DNA of 64,000 bases from the IMG/VR virus record IMGVR_UViG_3300028198_000256, positions 1 through 64,000 of that record, one strand, 5' to 3'. Below are positions 10,858 to 20,890 of this stretch, in pieces. The translations under genes were made by a program, and so were the position numbers. Positions within the stretch are counted from its first letter, which is position 1, and each line of letters opens with the position of its first letter. Source of the stretch: a virus. Below the pieces are notes generated by a model. That model had not been told where the DNA came from, did not search any database, and worked only from the letters and a program-made list of their open reading frames with translations.

Positions 10858-12813
10858 TTAAACACTGCCGTCAAAAACCTTGTCTACATCTTGTTGACTA
10901 GTTTCTATAAAGGATAAACTTAATGACATCTGTGTTGGTGTTTTTGTTTGTCCAGCTACATTAAATCTCCCCTCTGAACCATAACCAACTCGACAATTAG
11001 TTAAAACCCAATAACTATTAAACGTAAGTGCGGTATTCCGCAAATCGATTTTATAATATCCAGGCAATACCCACTGAGACACCCCAGAATCGTGTTTTTT
11101 TGGAAGCATTAATTTTCTAAAATTAGTGATGATCTTTCTAACGACCAGATATTCTGTTTTACTCTTTGGGACAAAATTAAAGTTAATAGAAAACTCTCTG
11201 AATCCAATTCCATTAAACATAACGGATCTATTATTCTTTTTAGCTAATCCTCGAGCCGCCAGCAAATCTTTACCAGCACCTTCTTGAAATGTGTCACCGA
11301 ATACTTTTACAACTGAACTAGTCGCATCAGATGTCGCAAAATTTGATCCGGGGGTATTAACATTTGCCATCCAGTTTCTAATAACACTTCCGTCCTCACT
11401 CGCCCATTGCGCCTCATTTGCCATTTCAAATCCCTCTGGTACATATAATGCTATAGTGGCACCCAACTGGTCAGCACTTCGCGTGCCAAGTCCACCAAGC
11501 GCTTCCTGTATTATCTTATTCAAACCCTTCCCTATCAACTTCCCCCCGCCACTCGCTATCGATGATACGGCAGAACTGAAAGGATTTGCTGATGATAGAA
11601 CTGTTGAAACGCTCTCTAGAAGACTATCAGATGCCGCATCATTAGCTATATTTTGTATATCCTGTTTAAGAACCTTTTTATAATCTTCTGTCATGAACCC
11701 AGTAGCGTCATCTCCACCAAACATGGGTGTAAATTCAAGATATGGAGCCCCCTGATCCTGAATACCGAGTGGATATTCCAATGTCGGACCTATCTCACCA
11801 AATTGGACCGGCAGCGGCGTATTCATCCAAGAATCTATACCAGTTAATTGTGCTCTCAAATCGTCTCTCTCAGTGCGGGTATTAACGATGGGTTTTGGAG
11901 CGGTTTCTACCGTCTGAGTAATATCAGTAGATGGATTAACAGAAGCCTGTGTGCCTGGCATAGCTTGTTGCAATTTGGAGGTGACAAATTGTTGAGGGGG
12001 GAGTGTTTGGTCCTTTGGAGTCTGCTTGGGTGCGAGTCCCTGATTTAAATTTTTAAATACTGAAGGCAGCTCTGTGATATTTTTACCTCTAATCTCACTT
12101 ATTGCAGCGGCAGTTGACTGAGCATTAATATCTGCCTCACGTTGTTTTGCAGCAGACGACTGATTATCCTTTGCTTTTTGCATTGCTACTAATGATATAT
12201 CCCCGTTACTGTCTACTAACGGCACCATAATAACATCTGTATCGGGTGTTGAATATTGAGTAGCAGAACTATGAGGTTCGGGTGTGTTTGGGTTGTTTGT
12301 TTTAAGTGCTACCGTAAATTCGTCGGTTTCTATTGAATCAGTATCTCCCCAATGATCCTCATAAAAATCTCTTCCTTTTGTCTCTGTTATCTCTACAGTC
12401 TGTCCATTAGATAATGTCCTTTCTAATGGAAATTTCATCGAAATCGGTCCATTAGGTAGACTAATCGTTTCTCCACCACGGTGAGACATAATACCCATAG
12501 CCGTTGCCATTGACTGTAACTGAGCTTGTGACAAACCTGTCGCTAATTGATATGCATCAACTGCCCCCTCGTCACGAGCGTCTGCCACATCATCCTCATA
12601 ATAGGATTTTTTAACATCAAATATATTACCTCTGTCCAAATCAGAGTTATCCTCATACCTCCAAAGGTCACTTAAAATCATCGCAATTTCGTTAACATTT
12701 AGCTGGGGTTCCTGAGTTTCATTATTTTCTCTATCCAAAAGATCTGGAAATATTTCATATAAGTCTTCAGCACCAACCCAACCCTGGGCGGGGTCTAAGG
12801 TAATCCCTTTCAT
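10858..12813 (-). CDS. gp48: Baseplate tail-tube cap gp48-like with a long N-terminal extension
   Basis: C-terminal part has IALYVP, MFNGIGFREFSINFNFVPKSKTE and LSLSFIET. Confidence 0.75.
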   Translation of the reverse strand: MKGITLDPAQGWVGAEDLYEIFPDLLDRENNETQEPQLNVNEIAMILSDLWRYEDNSDLDRGNIFDVKKSYYEDDVADARDEGAVDAYQLATGLSQAQLQSMATAMGIMSHRGGETISLPNGPISMKFPLERTLSNGQTVEITETKGRDFYEDHWGDTDSIETDEFTVALKTNNPNTPEPHSSATQYSTPDTDVIMVPLVDSNGDISLVAMQKAKDNQSSAAKQREADINAQSTAAAISEIRGKNITELPSVFKNLNQGLAPKQTPKDQTLPPQQFVTSKLQQAMPGTQASVNPSTDITQTVETAPKPIVNTRTERDDLRAQLTGIDSWMNTPLPVQFGEIGPTLEYPLGIQDQGAPYLEFTPMFGGDDATGFMTEDYKKVLKQDIQNIANDAASDSLLESVSTVLSSANPFSSAVSSIASGGGKLIGKGLNKIIQEALGGLGTRSADQLGATIALYVPEGFEMANEAQWASEDGSVIRNWMANVNTPGSNFATSDATSSVVKVFGDTFQEGAGKDLLAARGLAKKNNRSVMFNGIGFREFSINFNFVPKSKTEYLVVRKIITNFRKLMLPKKHDSGVSQWVLPGYYKIDLRNTALTFNSYWVLTNCRVGYGSEGRFNVAGQTKTPTQMSLSLSFIETSQQDVDKVFDGSV

Positions 12814-12961
12814 GATTTGTTTTCTCCTAACCGTTGACGTTGGTAACTACCATCTTGAACGAGTTTGCACCACGTTTGATTATCAAAACCAACCTCTAAT
12901 AATATTTCATCCATGGACATTCCCATTTAACACCCCTATCTATCCTAATAAATTTAATTCT

Positions 12962-12969
12962 TATAAATA
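12962..12969 (+). promoter_or_regulatory. T4-type late promoter TATAAATA
   Basis: Exact TATAAATA ending 23 nt upstream of the gp4 start. Confidence 0.7.
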
Positions 12970-12992
12970 TATATATTTAGTAATTAAATACA

Positions 12993-13430
12993 ATGAGATT
13001 TTATAAAGGCAAATACAAATTAAAAAATATTAATAAATATATAGGAAATAAAAACAACATTATATACAGGTCATCGTGGGAAAAACGGTTCATGAAATAT
13101 TGTGACTCCAATAATAATATAGTATCTTGGTCATCTGAAGAATTATATGTACCCTATATATCACCAATAGACAACAAATATCATAAATATTACCCAGACT
13201 TTTTAATTAAAATTAAAGACAATACTAACCAATTCAAAATAATTATGATAGAAATAAAACCACACAAAGAGACAATTAAACCTTTACACGGGAAAAGAAA
13301 AAGACGCACCACATTTTTAACAGAAATGAGCAAATGGGCAGTTAACTCTTCAAAGTGGCAATACGCACAAAAATATTGTCAAACAAGAAACTGGGAATTT
13401 AAAATACTAACAGAAGAACATATATTATGA
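12993..13430 (+). CDS. gp4: Head completion nuclease gp4
   Basis: YRSSWEKRFMKYCD, WSSEE, YYPDF, IEIKP, FKILTE. Confidence 0.95.
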   Translation: MRFYKGKYKLKNINKYIGNKNNIIYRSSWEKRFMKYCDSNNNIVSWSSEELYVPYISPIDNKYHKYYPDFLIKIKDNTNQFKIIMIEIKPHKETIKPLHGKRKRRTTFLTEMSKWAVNSSKWQYAQKYCQTRNWEFKILTEEHIL

Positions 13431-13999
13431 GTAAAACCAATTTTAAACAATTACTACAACGGCTGTCATCGTCTGGAATAAAAGCAAACACACACAAAGC
13501 TAGAGAGTGGTTTAGATCAAAAGTAAGACAATCTGGCATAACTAGAACAACCCTGATGTTAGACAAGGAACGATTTTCTTCTGCTATCACCGTCGGGAAA
13601 ATGTACTGCTATTATTATAGTCCAAAACACGCAAAGATATTGCCGTACTACGACGAATTCCCGTTGATATTTGTTGTTGATATCAACAAGAACGGGTTCT
13701 TAGGGATCAACTTGCATTACGTGTCTCCGCGGGATAGACTTGTGATTATGGAATCACTATCAACAATCACGAACAACAAACGGTACGACAGAAGTACAAA
13801 ACTGGCTCTATCATACAACATATTAAAAAAAATATCTAAATATAATATAATAAAACCATGTGTAAAACAATATCTAATCTCACATGTAAGAAGTAATTTA
13901 ATGAACATAGAAGCTAATGAATGGGATATAGCTATATTTCTGCCAGTGCAAAAATTTAAAAAATCATCTCCATCTAAAATCTGGAATAGAGGTGTATAA
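13427..13999 (+). CDS. gp2: DNA end protector protein gp2
   Basis: GKMYCYYYSPK..LPYYDEFPL, GFLGINLHY, IFLPVQKF. Confidence 0.95.
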   Translation: MSKTNFKQLLQRLSSSGIKANTHKAREWFRSKVRQSGITRTTLMLDKERFSSAITVGKMYCYYYSPKHAKILPYYDEFPLIFVVDINKNGFLGINLHYVSPRDRLVIMESLSTITNNKRYDRSTKLALSYNILKKISKYNIIKPCVKQYLISHVRSNLMNIEANEWDIAIFLPVQKFKKSSPSKIWNRGV

Positions 14000-14047
14000 A
14001 TGGAATATGATAAAAAATATAACAACTAATTTTCATGGAGAATAAAT

Positions 14048-14638
14048 ATGAAGTTAGACAAATTCATATCAAGTATATCATCACATACTAAAACAAACCG
14101 ATACAAATTAACCATAAATTCGTCGGAAAATCGTGGTGTGTCCTCTGGAACAGTTAACCCAAACGATAGTACAGTTATGTATATAAAATCATTTGATTTG
14201 CCAGGTATTTCTATATCAACCACCGAAATAATAGACGGAACTGGACCTATCAGAAAAATACCATATACTACAACATTTGAAGATATAACATTTACTGTGA
14301 TACTAACAAATACGATCAACCCGTTTCATCTGAGAGACAAAATTTTCAAGATGATTGATGATATTTCCCCATCCAAAAATGTTCATGCTGGAGGTGGTAA
14401 ATTCAGACCTATGAGGTATTATGATGAGGTTGCAATAAACACATTAAAAATAGATACTCTATCAGAAGACGAGGAAAAAGTATTTAGTTCATCGGTATTT
14501 CATAATGCGTATCCTATTGCAATAGGAGCAATATCATATGCATACTCAAATGACGAACCCTCCACTATGGATATAACTTATGCATATGAATACTGGACAC
14601 CGTTAGAACCCTCGGATGTACCATTCGCCGGATTATAG
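14048..14638 (+). CDS. Tail tube family protein (gp54 tube initiator / gp19-like)
   Basis: NRY, LPG, AYPIAIGAISY, TYAYEYW; position between gp2 and gp26. Confidence 0.75.
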   Translation: MKLDKFISSISSHTKTNRYKLTINSSENRGVSSGTVNPNDSTVMYIKSFDLPGISISTTEIIDGTGPIRKIPYTTTFEDITFTVILTNTINPFHLRDKIFKMIDDISPSKNVHAGGGKFRPMRYYDEVAINTLKIDTLSEDEEKVFSSSVFHNAYPIAIGAISYAYSNDEPSTMDITYAYEYWTPLEPSDVPFAGL

Positions 14639-14707
14639 ATATTTCAAATAAGTGGCATCGACAAAAAATAATGAAAGACGCTTTAAACAATGAAAGGAAA
14701 AAAAATT

Positions 14708-15439
14708 ATGAATTTACCAAAAATAGAAACAGTAACATATGAATTGACAGTACCATCATCAAACGAAATTATAAAGTATAGACCCTTTTTAGTAAAAGAA
14801 GAAAAAATATTATTAATGACAAAAGAAAGTGAAAATCCAGACGCATTAGAAATTTCAGTTGTAATAAAACAAATTGTTAATAATTGTATACTATCTGATG
14901 TAAATATAAATGACCTTGCAACATTTGACTTGGAATATATATTTATAAATTTACGATCCAAATCGGTTGGGAATACCATTGATTTAATATATGACCACGA
15001 CTGTCCAAATGAGGAAACGACTGAAAATATACCATTTATCGTAAATTTAGATGAAGTTGTCGTGGAAGATATTAATCCAGATAGTAATATTATAAAAATA
15101 ACAGATGATGTATCTATTATTATGAAATACCCAGATTATGATCTAATAAAAGACTTATATTCTAATAATGAAGATAATAACAAAAAAATAGAAGATATGG
15201 AAATAGTTATTCGTTCAATAAAATATATTACTGAGAATGATACTAAACATCTTGTGGCTAATTATTCAACTGAAGAAATCACAGAATTTTTAGAATCGCT
15301 CACTTCTAATCAATTTAAAAAAATCTTTTCTTTCTTCAATACTATGCCGGCAACTTCATATAGAACAGAATTAAAATGTGAACATTGTGACTTTACACAT
15401 GACGCACACTTGACAGGAATAGTTGATTTTTTCGTATAA
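14708..15439 (+). CDS. gp26: Baseplate hub assembly protein gp26
   Basis: MNLPKI, KYRPFLVKEEKILL, FDLEYIFINLRSKSVG; ends GIVDFFV; start chosen from the AAAGGA RBS. Confidence 0.92.
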   Translation: MNLPKIETVTYELTVPSSNEIIKYRPFLVKEEKILLMTKESENPDALEISVVIKQIVNNCILSDVNINDLATFDLEYIFINLRSKSVGNTIDLIYDHDCPNEETTENIPFIVNLDEVVVEDINPDSNIIKITDDVSIIMKYPDYDLIKDLYSNNEDNNKKIEDMEIVIRSIKYITENDTKHLVANYSTEEITEFLESLTSNQFKKIFSFFNTMPATSYRTELKCEHCDFTHDAHLTGIVDFFV

Positions 15440-15603
15440 GTCTATATCATGATACATTATTTGAACATTATAAAACTAATTTTGCATTGATGCAACACCA
15501 CAACTATTCGTTAACCGAACTGGATAACATGATACCATTTGAACGAGATATATATATATCTTTATTGTCACAACATATTTTAGAAATGGAAAACAAAAAA
15601 TAA
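15427..15603 (+). CDS. gp51: gp51-like hub assembly catalyst segment, in the -1 frame relative to gp26 (not in the ORF track)
   Basis: YKTNFALMQHHNYSLTELDNMIPFERDIYISLL; frame open from 15427; first ATG at 15490 has no SD. Confidence 0.85.
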   Translation, partial: FFRISLYHDTLFEHYKTNFALMQHHNYSLTELDNMIPFERDIYISLLSQHILEMENKK

Positions 15604-15604
15604 T

Positions 15605-15820
15605 ATGATAAATAAAATAATCAAACTGGCAGAAGCTATAGATTCATTAAGAATATTTCCAAGAATATTTATATCTATATATATGATTTTATTATATAAA
15701 TCAATTATATGGTTTATGGATCTATCAGCACCAACATCAGAACAAGCAGCATTAATATCAGTAATTACTGGTGTTGGTGCTGCTTGGTTTGGTTTATATA
15801 TTGGATCAGGAAAAAAATAA
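15605..15820 (+). CDS. Small two-TM membrane protein, holin-like
   Basis: RIFPRIF..WFMDL..PTSEQAALISVITGVGAAWFGLY; two hydrophobic helices and a basic C-terminus. Confidence 0.55.
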   Translation: MINKIIKLAEAIDSLRIFPRIFISIYMILLYKSIIWFMDLSAPTSEQAALISVITGVGAAWFGLYIGSGKK

Positions 15821-15843
15821 AATAATAATAAAAGAGAACTAAT

Positions 15844-18800
15844 ATGCCTTCATTAAAATCAACGACTAATAAAGTTAAATCATCAAATTTAAATGATGTC
15901 ATAACTGAAAATACAAAAAATTTGTCATCAAACGATTCTCAGAAATTATTAGATGAAATTAAACAATCTCTTGATAATACAAATATAAATGATAATAAAT
16001 CATTAAACCAATTACATACGTCATTATCTGATATATCTAACTATATTAATTCTAATACAAAAATAACAGAAAACGAACATAGAATATTAAAAAATATAGT
16101 ACAACAACAATCTAATATAATAAAAAATGAAACTTCATTATCTACAAGAATATCAAAATCACTTTCAGATAAAACAAATGCCATAGCTGATAAAGGATTT
16201 GATTTTGACGCATCTACTATTGGAATCATGATGCAATCTCCTGCAATTGCATGGATGCTTGGAAAAATGCAAAAAGGCGTGGAATCTGGAATTAACAAAT
16301 ATAGAAACAAAAAACAAGAAGAACAAAGACAAAAAGAAGAATTTGAATCTAGAAGAAATAGATTCAATAGTGGACAGAAAACCGACCCAAAAGTCGAAGT
16401 TGATGTACACAAAAATATAATACCCGATGCCGCAAAATCATATTATACATACAAAATGCATGGTATGATGAAATCCATGACTAACACCAACACTCAAAGA
16501 AAACCAGTTAACCCAAACCCATTAGTGGGACCTACATACTCAGATAACAGTTCTCCTACATCTATAGAATCTATAATGGAGAATAAAAGAAGTGCAATTA
16601 GAATATATAAAGTATTAAAACATATCGATAAAGATTTACATAAAATATTAAAATGTGTATGTAAGAAATCTAAAAAGAAAAGAATGGTCAATCCAAACAA
16701 TGATTGGAATTTAGACCCCTTTAAGATATATGCAGCGTGGAAACTTTACAAATGGTTGAGAAAATTGTTCAAAAAACCAGTCGGTCCGGAAAAAAAGAAA
16801 AAAGCAGTCGGTCCAGAAAAAAAGAAAAAGCCACTCTTATTAGAAAAGATACCAGAAGCGGATAAAGTTAAGAAAAAACCAGTCACCACGGAATTGATAA
16901 AAAAACCAATCCTATTAGAAAAGGTTAAAAAAATACCCAATGTGAGGTTTAGTCCAAAATCCAAAAACTTGTTGGAAAGATTGATACTATCTTTAGAAAA
17001 ACTATCCAAAGTATGGTTTAAACCACGATACCAAAACTTGTTGGAGGCTCCAAAAACACAAACAAACCAAAAAATTTTTGGTTTAGGTCATAATGATGCA
17101 GTCAAAGTTAACTTAGGAGATCAGATATTCGATAAAGAACTTACAAAGTTACGTCAGCAAATGGCAGATAGCGGGGTATTATTGGGGAAAAATACAGAAT
17201 CGATTAAACGCAATACAGAATCGATTAAACGCAATACATCATTTAATGGGAAATCAACTGGCACTACATCTAATCCAAATACTGGAAAATCAACTGGCAC
17301 TACTGGTGGTTCTGGTTCAAAAACTACTGGTAGAAGAGATTGGGGAAGAACCGACCATTTTAATGATAACGGTGAAAAAACCCATACCACGTGGGAATAC
17401 AGAGGCAACAAGAATACTGATACCGGCGGGAGGGTTGGGACAGAAAGACCAACAGAAAGACCAGCGTCGTGGAGAGAAGACGGGAAGGTACATGTATCAC
17501 CGAGTGCAGAAAGCAGTAAGTATCAACTGAGACAAATGGGGATGTTTGAGGGTCTGTTTACTGGAGGATTTGCAATCTTAAATTTGCCCAAACAAATACA
17601 AGATATAAAAACTGCGCTTGACGAAGGTCACAATATAACCGCTGGTCTTGAATCGATATCGACTGCTCTGGAATTTATGCCTTACGTACCAGCACAAATA
17701 CTCGCCATAATAACCAATCTAATTGCTAGATACACATCACCAAAAGATGGATCCCTCGTTGATGAAAAAAAATTCAGGGATGAATTATCAATATTGCAAA
17801 ATGAGATGCAGCTTTATATTGCCACCAACTCATTCTGGGGAGAAAAGGGATTTGTATCTGATGTTGGTCAACTTGGTATTGATTGGGCAATACAAACAGG
17901 TAAAGCAGCATTGGGTGTAGTAAATGGTGAATTCAAGGATCAACTCATTGAGGCGTATCAGGGTAATCTTACCTTTTTACCCACAAAACTTGAAGCAGCT
18001 ACGCGTGCCCCAACTATCTATGATAAGGCCTTTGCGCTTAGAAATAAACCTGAATATGGTATCAACCAACAACTAATCGGTGATAACGCCAACGTTATCA
18101 ACCAACCTGGATTCTGGGATACCATAAGAAAAATCCACAATACAGTTGGCGATTTTGGCATTTCACTTAACCCTCTTGGTGAGGCACATGCATCAGAATT
18201 AATGCCCCTTCGACCACCTCTACCAGAAGGACATAGTTACTTAAACATATCAAAGGACTCAGAACACCTTACTAATGAAACCAAAATACGACAGGACTTA
18301 TTTCATGAAATGGATGATTCATTACTTAGCATGCACGAAACTGTTAGTAATATAAAAAGACAATCCGCAGAAGACACACCCTTACCAGCAGATGCTATAA
18401 CGACACTCCAAAATGGTCAATCAACAGACATACATGAACTACACAACAATTTATTATCAAATACCGAAAGAACATTCGAACATATTAATATTTCTATAGA
18501 AGATACCGTAGAAAATATAAGTAGTTCTTTAGAAAATACCTTTGCAAATATAGGTGGTTCTATATCAAACATGTTTGATAGTATAAATTTAATTTCATCG
18601 GCAAATGCAGATAATACCTCTAATAATTATGTCGGACATGGCAATGCCGGGTCACCAATACCAGCAGATGAAAAACGCAAATATGATTTGCTAACCCAAA
18701 ATGATGACGACATATTTCCAAGAGATTTTTCTCAATGGACAGACGACATGGATGACCATTATACTCAAGCAATAAATAATCTTGGTCCTACCGGTTTAGA

Positions 18801-19992
18801 ACAAACAAGAGAATCGAACAGAAATACTCAAACATTAACAAAGGCAATCAAGGAATTCAATAATAATCATTTGAGAACCATGTTGCCAGACAACCTACCG
18901 ACAAGTGCCAATGTTCCGGTAAAACCTAATTACGAAAAACGGGCAGAAACAGAGAGTGAAGGTAGGACAAGAAGATTTACGGCAGATATCGCGAGATATC
19001 TAGGAGATACAAGCTTAGCTAACAAATTAGATTCAAAACCACTACAAAAAGATTTTGAACAACCAGGAATAGACAACAATAATGTGAATCAAAATCCTAT
19101 ATCAAGAGGATTTCAAAATCAACAACTAACAATGTTACAAAAAGTAAATATGCTTTCAGAAGAAGACAGAGATACTTATGAGTTTGGTGATAGAGATTAT
19201 TCAGGATGGACAAATAAAATGCAAAATACATTGATAAATTCAATGGATGATGATGAATTTGGTGCCAGAGATTATTCAGGATGGACAAATAAAATGCAAG
19301 ACTATTCCGAATGGTCTAAGTTCCAGGCAGACCCAAGGAATAATGATTATTCTCCTAACCCTTGGATGGAATTACTTCCTAATCACCCTAAGTGGGACGA
19401 ACCATATAAAGAAGCAGAAACAGAATATTATAATGACTATAACAGCAGGAACAGTGAATATGATAATTCACCATATCAAGACATTGACAAATCTGAAACT
19501 GCCGCCAGAACCTATGCAGAAATATTAAGAAATTTACAAATACCACAATATATACAATCACAATTACCAAATGGAATGATAAAGGATTATAGCACAGGCG
19601 GATTTATTAGCCGAGGATTTTCCCAATCACCAAACTCATCTGATGAAGAAGGATTGGGCGGTGCATATGAAGCGTTTAATAAAAGAGCAATGGAAGGATG
19701 GAAACAAGAAGCAAAAAATGAAAGAATGAGATCCGGTAGACAAAGAAGAATAGAAGATGACAGAAACGCAAAAATATTTACTACCCCTACACCACATTAT
19801 GATGCTATGATGGCGAAAATGGCAGCTCACGACAAAGAATTTGGTTGGGGAGATATGGGGTATGATAGAACCGCAATAGAAGGATATAATCAACCAGCAA
19901 ACAACTCGGTGACAAACAACACAAACGTAACAAACAACTACTCGTCATCATCAAATAACTCATTCGCGTCATCTAACTATAACAACAACTAA
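15844..19992 (+). CDS. Putative tape measure protein (gp29 position), 1382 aa
   Basis: Long, low-complexity, helical protein after gp26/gp51; N/S/T-rich C-terminal tail typical of T4-like tape measures. Confidence 0.6.
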   Translation: MPSLKSTTNKVKSSNLNDVITENTKNLSSNDSQKLLDEIKQSLDNTNINDNKSLNQLHTSLSDISNYINSNTKITENEHRILKNIVQQQSNIIKNETSLSTRISKSLSDKTNAIADKGFDFDASTIGIMMQSPAIAWMLGKMQKGVESGINKYRNKKQEEQRQKEEFESRRNRFNSGQKTDPKVEVDVHKNIIPDAAKSYYTYKMHGMMKSMTNTNTQRKPVNPNPLVGPTYSDNSSPTSIESIMENKRSAIRIYKVLKHIDKDLHKILKCVCKKSKKKRMVNPNNDWNLDPFKIYAAWKLYKWLRKLFKKPVGPEKKKKAVGPEKKKKPLLLEKIPEADKVKKKPVTTELIKKPILLEKVKKIPNVRFSPKSKNLLERLILSLEKLSKVWFKPRYQNLLEAPKTQTNQKIFGLGHNDAVKVNLGDQIFDKELTKLRQQMADSGVLLGKNTESIKRNTESIKRNTSFNGKSTGTTSNPNTGKSTGTTGGSGSKTTGRRDWGRTDHFNDNGEKTHTTWEYRGNKNTDTGGRVGTERPTERPASWREDGKVHVSPSAESSKYQLRQMGMFEGLFTGGFAILNLPKQIQDIKTALDEGHNITAGLESISTALEFMPYVPAQILAIITNLIARYTSPKDGSLVDEKKFRDELSILQNEMQLYIATNSFWGEKGFVSDVGQLGIDWAIQTGKAALGVVNGEFKDQLIEAYQGNLTFLPTKLEAATRAPTIYDKAFALRNKPEYGINQQLIGDNANVINQPGFWDTIRKIHNTVGDFGISLNPLGEAHASELMPLRPPLPEGHSYLNISKDSEHLTNETKIRQDLFHEMDDSLLSMHETVSNIKRQSAEDTPLPADAITTLQNGQSTDIHELHNNLLSNTERTFEHINISIEDTVENISSSLENTFANIGGSISNMFDSINLISSANADNTSNNYVGHGNAGSPIPADEKRKYDLLTQNDDDIFPRDFSQWTDDMDDHYTQAINNLGPTGLEQTRESNRNTQTLTKAIKEFNNNHLRTMLPDNLPTSANVPVKPNYEKRAETESEGRTRRFTADIARYLGDTSLANKLDSKPLQKDFEQPGIDNNNVNQNPISRGFQNQQLTMLQKVNMLSEEDRDTYEFGDRDYSGWTNKMQNTLINSMDDDEFGARDYSGWTNKMQDYSEWSKFQADPRNNDYSPNPWMELLPNHPKWDEPYKEAETEYYNDYNSRNSEYDNSPYQDIDKSETAARTYAEILRNLQIPQYIQSQLPNGMIKDYSTGGFISRGFSQSPNSSDEEGLGGAYEAFNKRAMEGWKQEAKNERMRSGRQRRIEDDRNAKIFTTPTPHYDAMMAKMAAHDKEFGWGDMGYDRTAIEGYNQPANNSVTNNTNVTNNYSSSSNNSFASSNYNNN
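16776..16829 (+). repeat. 27-nt in-frame duplication (xVGPEKKKK x2)
   Basis: cagtcggtccggaaaaaaagaaaaa / cagtcggtccagaaaaaaagaaaaa. Confidence 0.85.
17191..17237 (+). repeat. 21-nt perfect tandem repeat (NTESIKR x2)
   Basis: aatacagaatcgattaaacgc x2 plus aatac. Confidence 0.9.
19180..19299 (+). repeat. Internal duplication EFG(D/A)RDYSGWTNKMQ x2, 75 nt apart
   Basis: agagattattcaggatggacaaataaaatgcaa occurs twice. Confidence 0.9.
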
Positions 19993-20003
19993 CGCGAGAA
20001 CAG

Positions 20004-20861
20004 ATGATTGAACTATATTCACTGTTGTTGATTATATCAATGATTATGAATGGCGGGGAGGCGGGTGATTTTAAAAAAAATTATTTAGAGGGGGAAGAAA
20101 TAAAGTCACTATCAACATTAGTGACGGGACAAACCGTAATTTCTGTACACGGTATTTCCGAACATTCTTCAACTTTCTCCAACCTACATTCATTCCTATC
20201 TAATAATAATGTAGATCTATTATCGTATGACATTAATGGATTCGGGGAAAATGTAGAAAAAAATGTCGGTGTAGATGCATGGAATAAACAACTACTCAAT
20301 AAAATCGATTATGTAATTCAATCTTACCCAAACACACACATAACTCTTATAGGTAATTCTATGGGGGCTGCGATTATACTTAATAATTATGTGAAATTAA
20401 AAAAATATATACATAATAAAACTGGTAGAAATCCTACTGTAATTCTTATTTCTCCAGGTATCATAAAACACCACTATGTATATTCACCGTTCAAATATAT
20501 TCTCAAGACATTTAATTTTAATATATACTATGACTTATTACCACAATTTAAAGTATCTAATTCCACCAAACAAACTGAAATAAGATACAATGATAAACTT
20601 ATTAGACATTATATTAATTCTAATACTCTATATCACTCTATTAATGTTATGGAATCAGGGTTCAATAACATTATGAAGTTGGGTGGGGACGACAATATAC
20701 ATATTCTATATCCTGACAACGACCTCCCAATACTTAATGATTGGGAAACGTCGCTACCATATACTCATACTATAAAATATTATAATTCATATCACCTTCT
20801 CCTTAATTCGAATGAATCAATTATGAAGGATATTCTCAAAATTATTACCGCACAGGAATAA
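20004..20861 (+). CDS. Alpha/beta hydrolase (lysophospholipase/lipase-like) with hydrophobic N-terminus
   Basis: VHGISEHS, YDINGFG, GNSMG nucleophile elbow, C-terminal His (YHLL). Confidence 0.85.
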   Translation: MIELYSLLLIISMIMNGGEAGDFKKNYLEGEEIKSLSTLVTGQTVISVHGISEHSSTFSNLHSFLSNNNVDLLSYDINGFGENVEKNVGVDAWNKQLLNKIDYVIQSYPNTHITLIGNSMGAAIILNNYVKLKKYIHNKTGRNPTVILISPGIIKHHYVYSPFKYILKTFNFNIYYDLLPQFKVSNSTKQTEIRYNDKLIRHYINSNTLYHSINVMESGFNNIMKLGGDDNIHILYPDNDLPILNDWETSLPYTHTIKYYNSYHLLLNSNESIMKDILKIITAQE

Positions 20862-20890
20862 TTCACTAATATATTAAGATATTTCCAATA

